Below are positions 38,480 through 50,244 of a stretch of DNA of 64,000 nt, in pieces. Source of the stretch: an uncultured Nitrososphaeraceae archaeon (GTDB taxonomy: Archaea; Thermoproteota; Nitrososphaeria; Nitrososphaerales; Nitrososphaeraceae); contig CAVXZB010000036.1 in assembly GCA_963765895.1 (NCBI GenBank), positions 1-64,000 on the forward strand, written 5' to 3'. The position numbers were made by a program, and so were the translations under genes. The notes under the pieces were generated by a model. The model had not been told where the DNA came from and did not search any database. It worked only from the letters and a program-made list of their open reading frames with translations. Each line of letters opens with the position of its first letter. Positions within the stretch are counted from its first letter, which is position 1.

Positions 38480-38660
38480 ATAAGATGATACTCATAATCG
38501 ATGATGATGATGATTATGATATTGCATTTAATCAAGACTAGTTTAGAGAAAGCAGATCTTTCAGTATCATCTTTTACTGATCCGTTAATGGCCTTGGAAA
38601 CGTTTAGGCAGATGCCATCCAGTTATGATCTTGTAATCTCAGATATCCGAATGCTACATC
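38480..38660 (+). pseudogene. response regulator receiver, truncated
   Basis: ILIIDDD...SFTDPLMALE...YDLVISDIRM, after which similarity ends. Confidence 0.7.
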
Positions 38661-38713
38661 TTATATTAAACTTGAAGTATCCTTTTATAGTTAAAATACT
38701 ATTTTTTCTGATA

Positions 38714-39027
38714 ATGCCAAAGTCAGCCGGACCAAGAAAAAGAAGTAGAAGCTCAAGTAGTAATAGTAGAAGAGAGACCAAGGGAAAAGATAAAGAGCTA
38801 TCTGCTATAACAAAAAAGCAAATCGATTCTTTACCAGAACACGCACAGCGTATATATAAAAAACACATGCAAGCTCTATAGAACAATATCAAAATCCTGA
38901 AAAAGAAGAGGTGACAAAAGAGAGTCCAGAGCAGGTAGCTCACAAAGCAGCTTGGGCTGCAGTAAAAAGGCAGTACAAGAAAAAGGGAAGTCAATGGATA
39001 AAGAAAGAAGAAGAAGAGCAATTGTAG
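38714..39027 (+). pseudogene. chaB: ChaB family protein, frameshifted
   Basis: LPEHAQRIYKK [frameshift] ...EQVAHKAAWAAVKRQYKKKGSQWIKK. Confidence 0.8.
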
Positions 39028-39885
39028 TTCTCTATATATAGTAACACTACAAATTGTTAGTGTCATAACTGATAAGTAGCACAAGGAATATGGTTGGATA
39101 TGAGAAAATTGTTAGCTGTAGGTTTATTAATAACAACAATAATGCTTCTGACTGCATTCACTATAGGATCTGCATTTACTACAAGTCCATCCTGAACTGA
39201 ACTATAAAGTAGTTTAATATCATAAGTGCTAATCTTGGACTTGTAGTCTTCAAACTAGACTTTTCTGGCTGCATAATCTTTTTCAGTCTGAATTTTTGCT
39301 TTTGTATCTTGTTCAGTATTTTTTACCTTCTTCGTAATATCTATTATATAGTAACATATCTATAATACAGTACAAAATAAATTATAAGACCTTACTGGCA
39401 TGACTGGCATGACATGTATTTAGATTATTGTTCATCTAAAATAATACAAAGTGTAGTGTATTATAGTTTAAGACCAGATAATGTCATGGATCCATTGTTA
39501 TGAGGATTGATCACATTATCCCCTTGCAGAATAATAAAATGACAAAAAAATAATACAATTGATCTTGTTTGCTATAGATAGATGCTAGTCTCCGCAGTGA
39601 TATGTACTTAATATAATAATGTTCAAAAATAATGTATATGCAGGAATTGACAACATTCAGAGATCACTAATAATAATAACATATCTCAATTATCATACGA
39701 TATTAGAAGCTGTCAAAGGCGACTGCAGGATATACAGAGAATGAATATTCTGAAAAATGCAAATTATACATAAGGTTTCAGAGATGAAAAAGGGTTCCTC
39801 CAAATCTCATCAATATATATAAGTTCAATCAGCAGGCCTCATTAATACATAAAATCACTTATAGGATGATTTGTTTTCTTGTAGC

Positions 39886-40344
39886 TTAAGTTGTCTCTTT
39901 TTTTAATTGACCAACTAACTCTTCCAATACCTGTATTAATCGCTTTTTTTGTGCCTTATCTGTTGTACTCCATTTTTCGCTCGTGGATCGCTTGTGTGCT
40001 AATTTGTATTTGATTCCGGTCATAGAAGTTGTATAACTATTCGCATCTAGTTTTTTAACATTTTGATGCGCGAGGATATACCAGTGATACTCTGTCCCCA
40101 CTGGAACACCCGATCCTTCTGGAGCGTGGCCTGCCCTTCTTTTGTTGACAGCATAAGTAAATTCCCATTTATCTGGCATTATCTTTTTCTCCTTCCATTC
40201 TCCTTTATCATAATACCACGTGTGGCTTCCTCCTACTTTCATGCCAGTATATTTCTTGCCTTCAAACTCTTTGTATTCATTATAAGAGTTCAAGTCATTT
40301 CTTTTAATTTGACCATTTTTTCTTTGAATAGTTTCTTGGCCCAT
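39886..40344 (-). CDS. conserved hypothetical protein
   Basis: YTGMKVGGSHTWYYD...APEGSGVPVGTEYHWYILAHQ; intact ORF. Confidence 0.8.
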   Translation of the reverse strand: MGQETIQRKNGQIKRNDLNSYNEYKEFEGKKYTGMKVGGSHTWYYDKGEWKEKKIMPDKWEFTYAVNKRRAGHAPEGSGVPVGTEYHWYILAHQNVKKLDANSYTTSMTGIKYKLAHKRSTSEKWSTTDKAQKKRLIQVLEELVGQLKKETT

Positions 40345-41000
40345 AAGAAGATCATGTCCATAATAATTTATTAAAGATATAGAATTACGAAGAATACTAC
40401 ACTCCTAAAATCTCTCCTTCTTATATTATTTGCGTTAAAATTAAAATCCAATATATTTTCTAAAGATAATATGAATAGTAGACCAACGGTCAGATAATTA
40501 TCATTTGCAATAGTTTTGCTCATTCTTCATCGGTACAGGAGTAAATGACAGATTTTCCATTTTGCTTTAAATACTTTTAAATAATTTGTATTATAGGATA
40601 ATTATCCAATATCTGTTCGTCATTAGAACTTATTATCTTCTATTTCTCATACCTTTTTAAGCAACTTCAACGACGGCGTTTTCGTTCCAATATAGCAACT
40701 TACCCTGTTTAAGGCATATCGTGAATTTCTGACCAAGAGCTATGTTGTAGACCCTTTTGAGTTATGTTAACTATTCTAAATTCTACGCCGCTACCTTTCA
40801 CGCCAATTCTAATTAGGCCCAAACTTTCCAACCGGTCTAGATAATTATAAACTTCCTCCTTAGGTAATCCACTTTTTGTAACAGGGCAGTATCGCATACG
40901 CCGTTACGGGTATTACCATCTGACATCTCTGCAATGTGACTAGGGATATTTTTCATCTCTTTGCTTATAAACGTAGCAATTAGATTGATTAATTACTGCT

Positions 41001-41726
41001 TTAATTCTTCGACGGCATAGAATGTTGAATCAACTGTTCATAGATTGTTTGAGTCAGTTTAATATTTTCAATCCAAGCTTTTACAAATTCATTATATACA
41101 TTAAGCCATGCGGTATTATGAGCTTGCCAAAACTTTACTCTAATAATGAATGGATTATTATTGTTATTATTAGACAGATTAGAGTGAGATTCTTTATTTT
41201 CGTTGTCATAAACCGTAACAGATTTACCTAAAGAATCTTGTTTTTCAGATTCCTCGTAAACCTGAGCAATATTTGTTTCTACGTTATGCCACTGTTGTTC
41301 TAGCGCCTCCTCTATCGATTGCATTACGCTATGTTCTTTTCCTTTTAGGGTCGGATTTGTGTTAACAAGAAAGCCAGTGGCATAAGAGTTTGTTTTTAAA
41401 CTATTTTTAGGATCGGCATTTCTAATACTATCACTAATACTTGTAGTTAAAGTATCTAGCTGTCGTTTTTCTTTAACGTGTAAGAATACTTTAGCTGTCT
41501 TATCTGGCCTCATATCAGCTACTTCTTTCCTTTCCGACATAGCATTATCACTAGATGAGTCAAATACTTCTGGTTGAGGTGTTGGTGATGATGATGTATG
41601 TAGTGGCGATAAAGATTGCATCGTGATTGCTCCTGGTGATGATGATGATGGTGATGTTGTCTTTTCTTCCTTTTGATTTATTTTTTCAGTCTTTAATTTC
41701 TTCTCTTCTTCCAGTCCTATGCTCAT
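41001..41726 (-). CDS. low-complexity hypothetical protein
   Basis: 241-aa ORF with S/N-rich tracts. Confidence 0.6.
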   Translation of the reverse strand: MSIGLEEEKKLKTEKINQKEEKTTSPSSSSPGAITMQSLSPLHTSSSPTPQPEVFDSSSDNAMSERKEVADMRPDKTAKVFLHVKEKRQLDTLTTSISDSIRNADPKNSLKTNSYATGFLVNTNPTLKGKEHSVMQSIEEALEQQWHNVETNIAQVYEESEKQDSLGKSVTVYDNENKESHSNLSNNNNNNPFIIRVKFWQAHNTAWLNVYNEFVKAWIENIKLTQTIYEQLIQHSMPSKN

Positions 41727-43282
41727 ATCTATATTTCGATTACTATCCTTATTATCAGTTTGATTGTCAGAATTATTTTTTGAGAATCTTTAGCAGTTCG
41801 CTATGATTTGCTTTTAAGCAGCGTAGATACTGTTCGTTTATTCTCATATTACTGGTGGTTTCACTTCTTATCATTATTCATTTTCTATTTCATAAAAAAA
41901 AGCAGCAGCATTTGTTGTCCATATTCTACATATAAGTGCCAAATTGTATAGTTAGTTTTTCAGAACGGATTACTCTAAATGCTAATTAAAATAATTTATG
42001 TAACTCGATTTTATTTCTTTATTCAGATGTAATATGAGCTCTCCTGGTTGATTATCGTCGTCGGTGCTTTCACTGCTTCTTTATGTAGACCATAATGCTA
42101 TGCAAACTATTGGAATTTATCAAAGATGAAATGTTGATCGAAGTAGGTAGACAGGGACTATGTGTGGTTAAGGATTGTTCTTGAGTTAATTGATAGAACA
42201 AATCTAGGTATATATCTTTTATTGAAAGAAATATACTTGTGACTGAATATTTTATAAAATCACTGATTAGAAAATATGAAAACACGATATTTTATTAGAT
42301 GATGGTATGATATCCATAAGCATGTAGTTTCTAAAATATTCGACCATCACAATCATTTACCAAAGGAAAAAGGCTTCAAAGAAAGAACAATACGGTAAAT
42401 AAAAAAATAGAACTGGTGTTTTGATGATTATTTCCTCTTATAGAAATGATTGTGATTGTAAGCTGGAGTACATCATTAATGGGCTGAGTTTATTTGTAGA
42501 TATGCATAATATAGATGATGGAAGAGATTGTTAAGTTTAGTTCAAAATATCTTGGGTTAGTTAATATATCTATGATATTATAATAATACATATTTACTAT
42601 TAATTAAGTTCAGCGCTATTAACATATAACGTCACGGTGAAAAATTGATCTAAAAAAGAAAAGGAAATAATTGAATCATTTATCAATGTAACGTCCTAGT
42701 TATATTGACAATATTGGCTTAGCTTTATGTGTGTACAACGTCCCGATAGTGAACTGTAAAAAGAAATTTAACACTTTTATCTTTGACTGCAGGCATATCT
42801 TGTTACTAAAATAAAGTAGTTATAAGCTGAGATAATTTACAAATACTCGATTCATGAATGTATACATTAAACTTGTTATATCTGATTTCTATATTTGGGC
42901 TAGCAGGATAATCGTGTTTTTATAAGAATGGAAAAAAGTTAAAACAATAATTAGCATAATACATTAGGATCAGTATGCTACTTGGAAGACTTTTGCACCT
43001 AAACTCATTAGTTTCTGTTCAGATACAGACACTTTCTAATGATGATCTTAATGATTTATCATACGCTAGAGTGAATGTTAAAGCCTTTTCTTCCTTTATT
43101 TACCCATTCGTTGAAAATAATTAATAGACATGCGTAATAAATATGTCGTGACAATCATTATAGTGTATCACCTTAGAATTATCAACGAAATCAGTGATTC
43201 TCTACAGTTAGAATGTACTCGACTTTCATAAACCATATTTATGAACAGTACATTCTCAAGCTATTCATTTTTGAGATGAGCT

Positions 43283-43684
43283 CTAAGCAGAATATGCATC
43301 AGAAGGAGTCAATGTTGCAGAGCCAGTAACATACTCTATTTGAGGATCGTCAATTAATAATTTGTCAAGCTCATCAATATACATGCGCATTACTTTGAAT
43401 CTGAGCATTCTGTCTTCTTCCATTGAAGGAACACGTTGATATCTCTTGAATATCAATTCCTTTTTAGCCTCTAGATTTGTTCCTGCTGGATAGACTACCT
43501 TGAGCATCACACTCCCTTCCCAGTCTTTGTACATACCTTCTAGGTGTAAAATATCCAATACTAACTTTTGATCTACCTTGGGAAATAAGGTCTGCACATC
43601 GTGAAGAAGATTTTGGTATGAAGATTTCAATTTTGAGGAGGATAATGACATCTTTGTATATTCACCAGCACGATCGATTGTCAT
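43283..43684 (-). CDS. hypothetical protein
   Basis: Intact 133-aa ORF. Confidence 0.7.
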   Translation of the reverse strand: MTIDRAGEYTKMSLSSSKLKSSYQNLLHDVQTLFPKVDQKLVLDILHLEGMYKDWEGSVMLKVVYPAGTNLEAKKELIFKRYQRVPSMEEDRMLRFKVMRMYIDELDKLLIDDPQIEYVTGSATLTPSDAYSA

Positions 43685-43726
43685 ACAAATAAGAAATGGA
43701 TAGCATATAATTTAACTATTTATAAC

Positions 43727-43972
43727 TTATTCAAATTTATAATTTTCATCTACAAATTCTGAGGTGTTATTCAAATGTACAACTCCGCTTTCGAAATCCT
43801 TTACAGATGATGTCGGAATAAGGTACTTGTCTGGAGTGATCGGTCCGGATGTAACTAGAAGTTTTTCGGATTGAACTGAAGAAATAATCCCGATTTCCTT
43901 ACCCTCGCTAGAATATACAGGTTTGTTTACCAAGTTTTGTAGTTCATTAATCCATTTATTTTCAGAGCCCAT
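43727..43972 (-). CDS. PRC-barrel domain protein
   Basis: LVNKPVYSSEGKEIGII...YLIP..V. Confidence 0.75.
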   Translation of the reverse strand: MGSENKWINELQNLVNKPVYSSEGKEIGIISSVQSEKLLVTSGPITPDKYLIPTSSVKDFESGVVHLNNTSEFVDENYKFE

Positions 43973-44339
43973 GATATATACTAAGGATCTAAAACATCGC
44001 TTATATCAATTCTAGTTTAGGGGTATTTGAGATGTTAAGCCAAGCTATGAACTAAACCAAATTGATAGACTTTATATTCAATTACAACCCACGGTCTTAT
44101 CTGGTACGTGATTTGATCTTTTAGATTCAGTATAACTTGAACTATAGTTCGAGATGCATTGTAAAAACCATGCTTTGAATACAGTTAGAGCTTTCTAAAC
44201 GCATGATCCGCTATACATGTTGAGAACCAAGATATGTCAGGCTAGCGAATACTATCTAACAGCTTCTCCTGAAGGCATTTACCTAAGAATAAAGGATGCC
44301 ATATAAAGTCAAGTTAACACAGATTTCGCAAACATCAAT

Positions 44340-44640
44340 ATGAGTTATATATAATAAGTACCGATTTTTTATAGTATCAATAACCCTTCTTGTAGTACTG
44401 CCTATTCCTCTAATTGTTGAGGTTAATCTGTGACTGGCCATCACTATTACATCAAATTGGCTCTGATTTGCTACCTTAATTATTTCGCCTACAGCACTAC
44501 CTGTATGACTCTCAAACGCAATATTCTTTATTATTCCAGCTTTTTTTTATATAATCTTACCTTCTCCACTATTATTCCCTTCAATAACCTTGGGTAAAGA
44601 ATCTTACCTTACATTTTCAAAATGAATAACAAGAAGTGAT
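44340..44640 (-). pseudogene. universal stress protein (UspA) remnant; absent from ORF track
   Basis: TGSAVGEIIKVANQSQFDVIVMASHRLTSTIRGIGSTTRRVI matches the USP C-terminal motif. Confidence 0.75.
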
Positions 44641-45133
44641 GATATACGAGTAAATAGTGTAAAAGAATCCACTGAATTAGGCCACGAGCTAATAAAGTAG
44701 AGATTCTATGACTACAGATATTTTATTCAAAAATTTAGTCACACCGTGTCTATATAATATTTATCTACAGTGTAGAATCTCTAGATTATATTATAAAGCC
44801 TATCACGGTTGAAATGGTCAGTTTTGTTTGTATGTCTTGCAGATAAGAATCATGTACATCACAAGACCAGCACTCATTAAAATAACAAGTTCATAAATAT
44901 TATTGTTGATGATTCATAAGTGACAGTTTAATCTTGGATTTTAATTATTTTTTGCCGTGGTCAATAACATACTTAATGATAAAAAGTCAATTAATTTGGG
45001 ACAACAATATAAAGGGGAAAATAGAAATCAGTTTATAAGACTGTCTTGTAATTCTGGCCTATGAGCCAATTCTAGGTAAAGAAGGGATTTCAAAGATGTT
45101 ATGTTTGTTTGTTATCTAAACTGAAGTAAGGAA

Positions 45134-48100
45134 TTAACGTTTTCTAGCCTCTATAAATGTAAGGTGTTGTTTTATTTGTGTAGCATTATCATCTATATCA
45201 AAGCCATTTCTTTTATTACATTTCTTAGATCTGATAACCTACCGCCTTGATCTAATTGGTTCGTTGTCTCTGCTATAAACAACCAACCTTTTGATACTAA
45301 ACACCTGTTTGCTTCTGCTAAGTAATCTCTCCAGTTTCTTCCCATGAGCGAGAGTGAAAATACCACTATGTCCAACTCTCCATCTCGTATATGTTTTGAT
45401 AAGTCTTTAATATCGCATGCTATAATCTTATCATTCATAATATTGCTGTGATCAAAACTATACACCTTATTCTCCCGTAATAGATCTGCTAATTCTGCTC
45501 TACCACATCCAAAATCTCCTATTTTTAGTTTCATAACAATATGTTTTGGAATGTTTAGTCCAAAGTTGATCTTATCAGCAATTATATTCACAGGATTAAA
45601 TCCCCAAACTGTCTTTCTTGTATCAAGTTTCGCAAGATAATCTGGTAATACGTTAGGATCTTGCTGTATTCTCTCATGGGTTATCTGTGAATATTCTTCA
45701 TTAATCTGTTTGTTCAGTACTCCTAATTCACTAATCTTTCTTTTTGCATGTTCTAATTCTGATTCTGTCGAAGTTAGTTGCATATTAAGATCCCTTCTTT
45801 TAAAAGTAGAGATCTCATTTCTTTCTAGTCTTTCTAACCACTTTACTAATTCATTATACATCTGTTCTTTACTCTGTAAGAGGCCTATTGGAATTATTCC
45901 GTCTACAGCACAATCCGCTAACATTCGTTTAATTTCAATACCTAGCCATTTTTCTTCGTCATATTCATAGCCAGAATTGATGCTTTTATGACTTGAACTT
46001 TGACAGTATGTTTCTGTCCCATTCTATGTAATCTACCAATTATCTGTCTGAATTGTGTATTCGTCCAAGGTAGTGTATTTATTATAAGGTTACTACATAC
46101 TTCCTGCAATCCGTCAACACCTATAGAAATAGGACGTGAAGCAATTAACACTTGTATATTCTGTTTAGGATCAATGAATTTCTCTAATGTGTCATTAGTA
46201 TCACCTGTGTATTGTATATATGTAAGTCGTACTTTTTTAACAGCATCAACTAAAATTTCATTTACTATTCCTGTGACATATTCTGTATAGATTATTGTCT
46301 TACCTTCTATTCTTTTAATTATTTCTGATATTCTAGCCTCAGTTAGTATTTGTTCCATCAGTAACGGATGTCTCTTAAGATCTTTCGCTTTAATATGAGA
46401 AGGCTTTACTGCTATGACATTTACTTCTCTATATTCTACAGTTGTCTTATATTCTGGCACTTGTCTTATTGATATTAATGATAGTTTTACATGTAATGTC
46501 ATAGCATTAAAAATATTTGGTCTATTTGAAAGATCATCATAGACTTTATGTGTTATGTATGCTAGTAATGACTTACCTTCTTCTAGATCATTTATCGCAG
46601 GAGTTGCAGACATTCCTAATGTTTTAACTCCTTTATTGCGCTCTCTAGCCTCAGTTAATAGATTTCCTAACACTTCACGTCTTTTACTCTCACCACTATC
46701 GTTGCGTTTCTTTATGAAATGTATTTCATCTAGCACAATAAAGTCAATCTTCTGTTTGACTAGCATTGATACTAGATATTTAGAATTGCTCTGACTAAAT
46801 TTATCATAGTTCAATACAAGATACATATTGCACGCTTTTCTGTTCTGCTCCCAGTAAAATGCAGGTTTACCCATTATTACTCTAGAGTTAGGAAATACCT
46901 CTACAATGACATTAGACCATTGCTCAACTACATCATTAGGACAGATTATTAAAGTAACTTTGCTATCTATGACACGACTTGCTAGGATAGCCGATAATGT
47001 TTTGCCTGTACCTGTGTCAGAAAAATTAGCAAAATGCGGTAGCTGATAGACTTTAGAAGCAACATATCGTTGCATGAGATTGGGTTTATATCTGAAAGAA
47101 TAATCCTCTGGTAATCTCGATGTTGTTGCTAACATTGTGTCATATTCTAACAAAAATATATTTCTTACTTCATCATGGAATTTCTTTCCGGTCAACCGTT
47201 CCTGTCTCATTTTTTCAACAGTTTTGATATTTCCATTCTCTTTTTGTGATTGACCATTTACTGAATCAGCAAAAACATTTTTCCCTAGTTTAGTTACTTC
47301 ATTAAATACGAAGAATCGTAATAATTCCTCATCCTCACAAATTGATTCTAAAACTGGATTAGATAACTGCTCAAGTATTTCTTCAACAGACTAAAGGTGT
47401 TCTGATCTTAATGGATCATTATTATCTTCTTTTTCTAATTGATTAACGAGTTGTTCAGTTGTTACTGGTTTTAGTTCGTCGTTAGGAGAAGAAATGTCTG
47501 GAATAGTTTGTTCTTCCCCGGGTTTAGAATCAGAGTTTACAAAGTCCTCCAAAGCCTTTCGTTGTTTCTCGGTCTGAAGTCCCAGCAGGAGATCTTTCAT
47601 AAGTGGTGCGAAGCGATTATGGCCTTGCAAATTCAATATTCCTTTTGCAAGACAGACGTGATATCGTTCACTGTCAGACATCCCATCCAATACTTTGTTT
47701 TCGAGCATATCTCTGACTATTGTCTTAACTTTAGATATTGACATGCTCGTAATAGCATATGCAATAGTACCTGTACCTAACCAATCTCCCCAGTTCTTCC
47801 AATCCTTTTTATATACTTCAGCAGGGTTAGATGGTATGTCTTTTGGCTTCTTTTCAGATTTACAATATTTCCACCATTCACTCTGATTCTTTATTCCTAA
47901 GGAATGTACAAATTTCCTAGCTTGTTCAAATGAGCTGTATTCTCTATTAAATGAGGCTACTACTCCTGTACCTAACCATCTCCCCAGCCTTTCCATCCAT
48001 CTTTTTTATATTCTCTGTCAGGATGAGCTGGAATGTCCTCTGGTTTTTCCTTCCATTTCGCATATTCCTTTTTTGTCTGTAGATTCTGATTTCGGACATA

Positions 48101-48749
48101 CTCTTTGGCCTCAAGAAAAGGTCGCCACATTCTTGTCCGTTGAAAACCTAGGAAATCAAAATAATCGATCCAACCCTTATTTTTGTATACTCGATCTGGA
48201 TCACTTGGTATTCCTATCGGTTTCTCAGATCTCAAATAATTTTTAAACTCTAAAGAGCTTTTCAGACCTTTTGAAAGTACTTTTGATCTTGCTTGTTCAA
48301 ATGGCAGACCAAATTTTTGCCGTAAAATGACCGGCCGTATCACGTCCTTTCTTTTTTTGAGTACCGAGAAAATCAGGCCAATCAATCCAACCTTTGCCCT
48401 TATACTGTAGTTGAGGGTCGCTTGGTATATCAGCTGGTCTATTTCCAGAACTAGCGTATCTCTTATAATCTTCAATATTTTTTAGTCCTAACGAACGTAC
48501 AAACTCTTTTGCTTCTTCAAATGGCCTAAACTTCCTCTTGAAAGTTGCGGTATTTTGAGTACCGAGAAAATCAGGCCAATCAATCCAACCTTTGCCTTTG
48601 TATATTTTATTAGCATTACTTGGTATATCTGATGGTCTCTTTCCAGATTTAGCATACTCATACCATTCTATAGTGCCCTTTAATCCTAATGAACGAACGA
48701 ACTTTCTAGCTTTCTCAAATTTCCTCCAAATTTTATCCTTTGCTTTCAT
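45134..48749 (-). pseudogene. ~1,200-aa fusion: five Trp-rich repeats (integrase-repeat-like) + SF2 helicase + Rrp8-like SAM methyltransferase
   Basis: Track ORFs 48297-48749, 47972-48475, 47391-47996, 45942-47210 and 45193-45924 are joined by frameshifts near 48355, 47978, 45972 and 45210 and an in-frame TAG at 47391-47393; helicase motifs TGTGKT, DEIH, SAT, QIIGRLHRMGQ; MTase motifs DFGCG and VFSLSLMG. Confidence 0.85.
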
Positions 48750-48886
48750 TTTGCCTCACTAGCTACTTTAATATGTGTGTAAACATTTTTCTGACATAGC
48801 GGTAAAGAATATGATAATCCAAGTATTCTAAAATCGTCCTTAGTATAACCAATTTACTAATCTGAAAATAGACAAATATTCATGTT

Positions 48887-49694
48887 CTATTCTCTACCTT
48901 CATTAAACAATACTTTAACTAATCTTAATGCCAATTGTAACTCTTTAATTCTATCTTTGTTTTTCTCTTTGCCTTCTGTTGTGACCATAATCAGGTTCTC
49001 AATAATATTCTTAGTTGGCAGCAGATAAGGAATTGCATCGTGGAGAGAAATACTGTGTGTCACATAAGGATTCTTAGTATCACGATAAATGAAACCGTTA
49101 TTGCAATCTAATATTATTGAACTTTCATCTTTGATTCCCACTTCAAAACTTACATTGTATCTTTGTAACGCCAACTTTGCAAAATCGAATAAAGATTCAT
49201 ATGCTTCTATTAGATCCTGTTTAGTCTTCCCTTTCGGATCATACAATATCGATTTAAGAACTTGCTCTGTTATCTCAGATATATTGATTCCCACTTCCTT
49301 TGCCCTTGTAATAACATCTTTGCTTATTCCGAGAGTAAGTTTTTGTTTTGAATAAGTAGTACCGAGCCAATCTCCCCAGCTTATCCAATTATACTTATAC
49401 CTCATATTTGGATGGACAGGTAAATTATGTGGTTTATTCCCGGATTTACAATATTCTATCCATTCGCTCTGGCTATTTAATCCGAGTTGATGTACAAATT
49501 GCCTAGCTTCCTCAAACTGTAGAAAATGCTCTTTTTTGATCTGTAATCATTCCAATACCGAGCCAATCTCCCCAGTCTTTCCATTCCCACTTATATGCTG
49601 CTGGGGGATTCGAAGGTATATCCGGTGGTTTTTTTCCAGATTTAATATATTGTTGCCAATCATTAGTACCTTTTAATGATTTAGAACCCAACAC
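48887..49694 (-). pseudogene. Trp-rich repeats (1.5-2 units) fused to an RHH/CcdA-like domain and helical tail; frameshift near 49525
   Basis: KPPDIPSNP..YK..WKDWGDWLG; FEEARQFVHQLGLNSQSEW...WISWGDWLG; then KQKLTLGISKDVITRAKEVGINISEITEQVL. Confidence 0.75.
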
Positions 49695-49741
49695 GTATTA
49701 CACACGCGTATAGTTATATATACGTATTATTCATACGTGTT
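49690..49741. promoter_or_regulatory. ACGTAT-type repeat cluster with 9-bp inverted repeat
   Basis: AACACGTAT (49690-49698) and ATACGTGTT (49733-49741); internal CGCGTATA and TACGTATTA. Confidence 0.5.
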
Positions 49742-49902
49742 AAGTATGAAGCGTTGTCTGACCAATGAATATGCCAAGTACTGATCGCATAAACTTTGAG
49801 GATCTGAAAATGCAATCATTTGCAAAACCAAGATTTATAATTCAAAAGATATCGAATGTAAGTCTGTGTCTCTCGATTTGTGGGAGTAATATTCATATTA
49901 AA

Positions 49903-50244
49903 TTATACTATAGTAGGTTCGAAACGATGTGTTATCGAGTATATTAAGTAGTCAATTTTTGGTTCTGTCAACTCTCCGTCGGTTTTCCAGTCTTTTCTAG
50001 ACTGTAAATTTTCGTCGGATCTGAATGACTCTATCTCATCCATTTGTTTATGAATCCGATCAGCCATCTGATATAATGCATCTCGATTTGGTAATGTTAT
50101 ATTATTCTTCTTTGCATATTCTAATATGAAGAATAGAGTTCCGCCGACTTGATCATATAATTCCTGAACTAGTCGTTTCATACGGCGAACTCGTTTCCAT
50201 TCTGTGAGAATCTCTTGCCAAGCGTCAAATTGTTCATTAGGCAT
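49903..50244 (-). CDS. small helical passenger protein reading through the left TIR
   Basis: 113-aa ORF; ...DGELTEP is encoded by the TIR and the stop codon lies in flanking DNA. Confidence 0.65.
   Translation of the reverse strand: MPNEQFDAWQEILTEWKRVRRMKRLVQELYDQVGGTLFFILEYAKKNNITLPNRDALYQMADRIHKQMDEIESFRSDENLQSRKDWKTDGELTEPKIDYLIYSITHRFEPTIV

Noticed and set aside
45134-47210. Type I, III or ISP restriction-modification enzyme
   Set aside because: No NPPY/DPPY amino-MTase motif and no recognisable PD-(D/E)xK or HNH nuclease; the MTase is Rrp8-like
47391-47393. Pyrrolysine or programmed read-through of the in-frame TAG
   Set aside because: The gene has four further lesions and no pyl genes are visible; a nonsense mutation is simpler
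47775-49575. Regularly spaced DNA repeats as a possible CRISPR array
   Set aside because: Spacing is about 198 nt, the repeats encode the conserved W.DWLG/W.DFLG peptide in frame, and no cas genes are present
49765-49947. 60-aa + strand ORF as a transposase N-terminal remnant or toxin
   Set aside because: Only a vague Cys-containing stretch; no supportable motif
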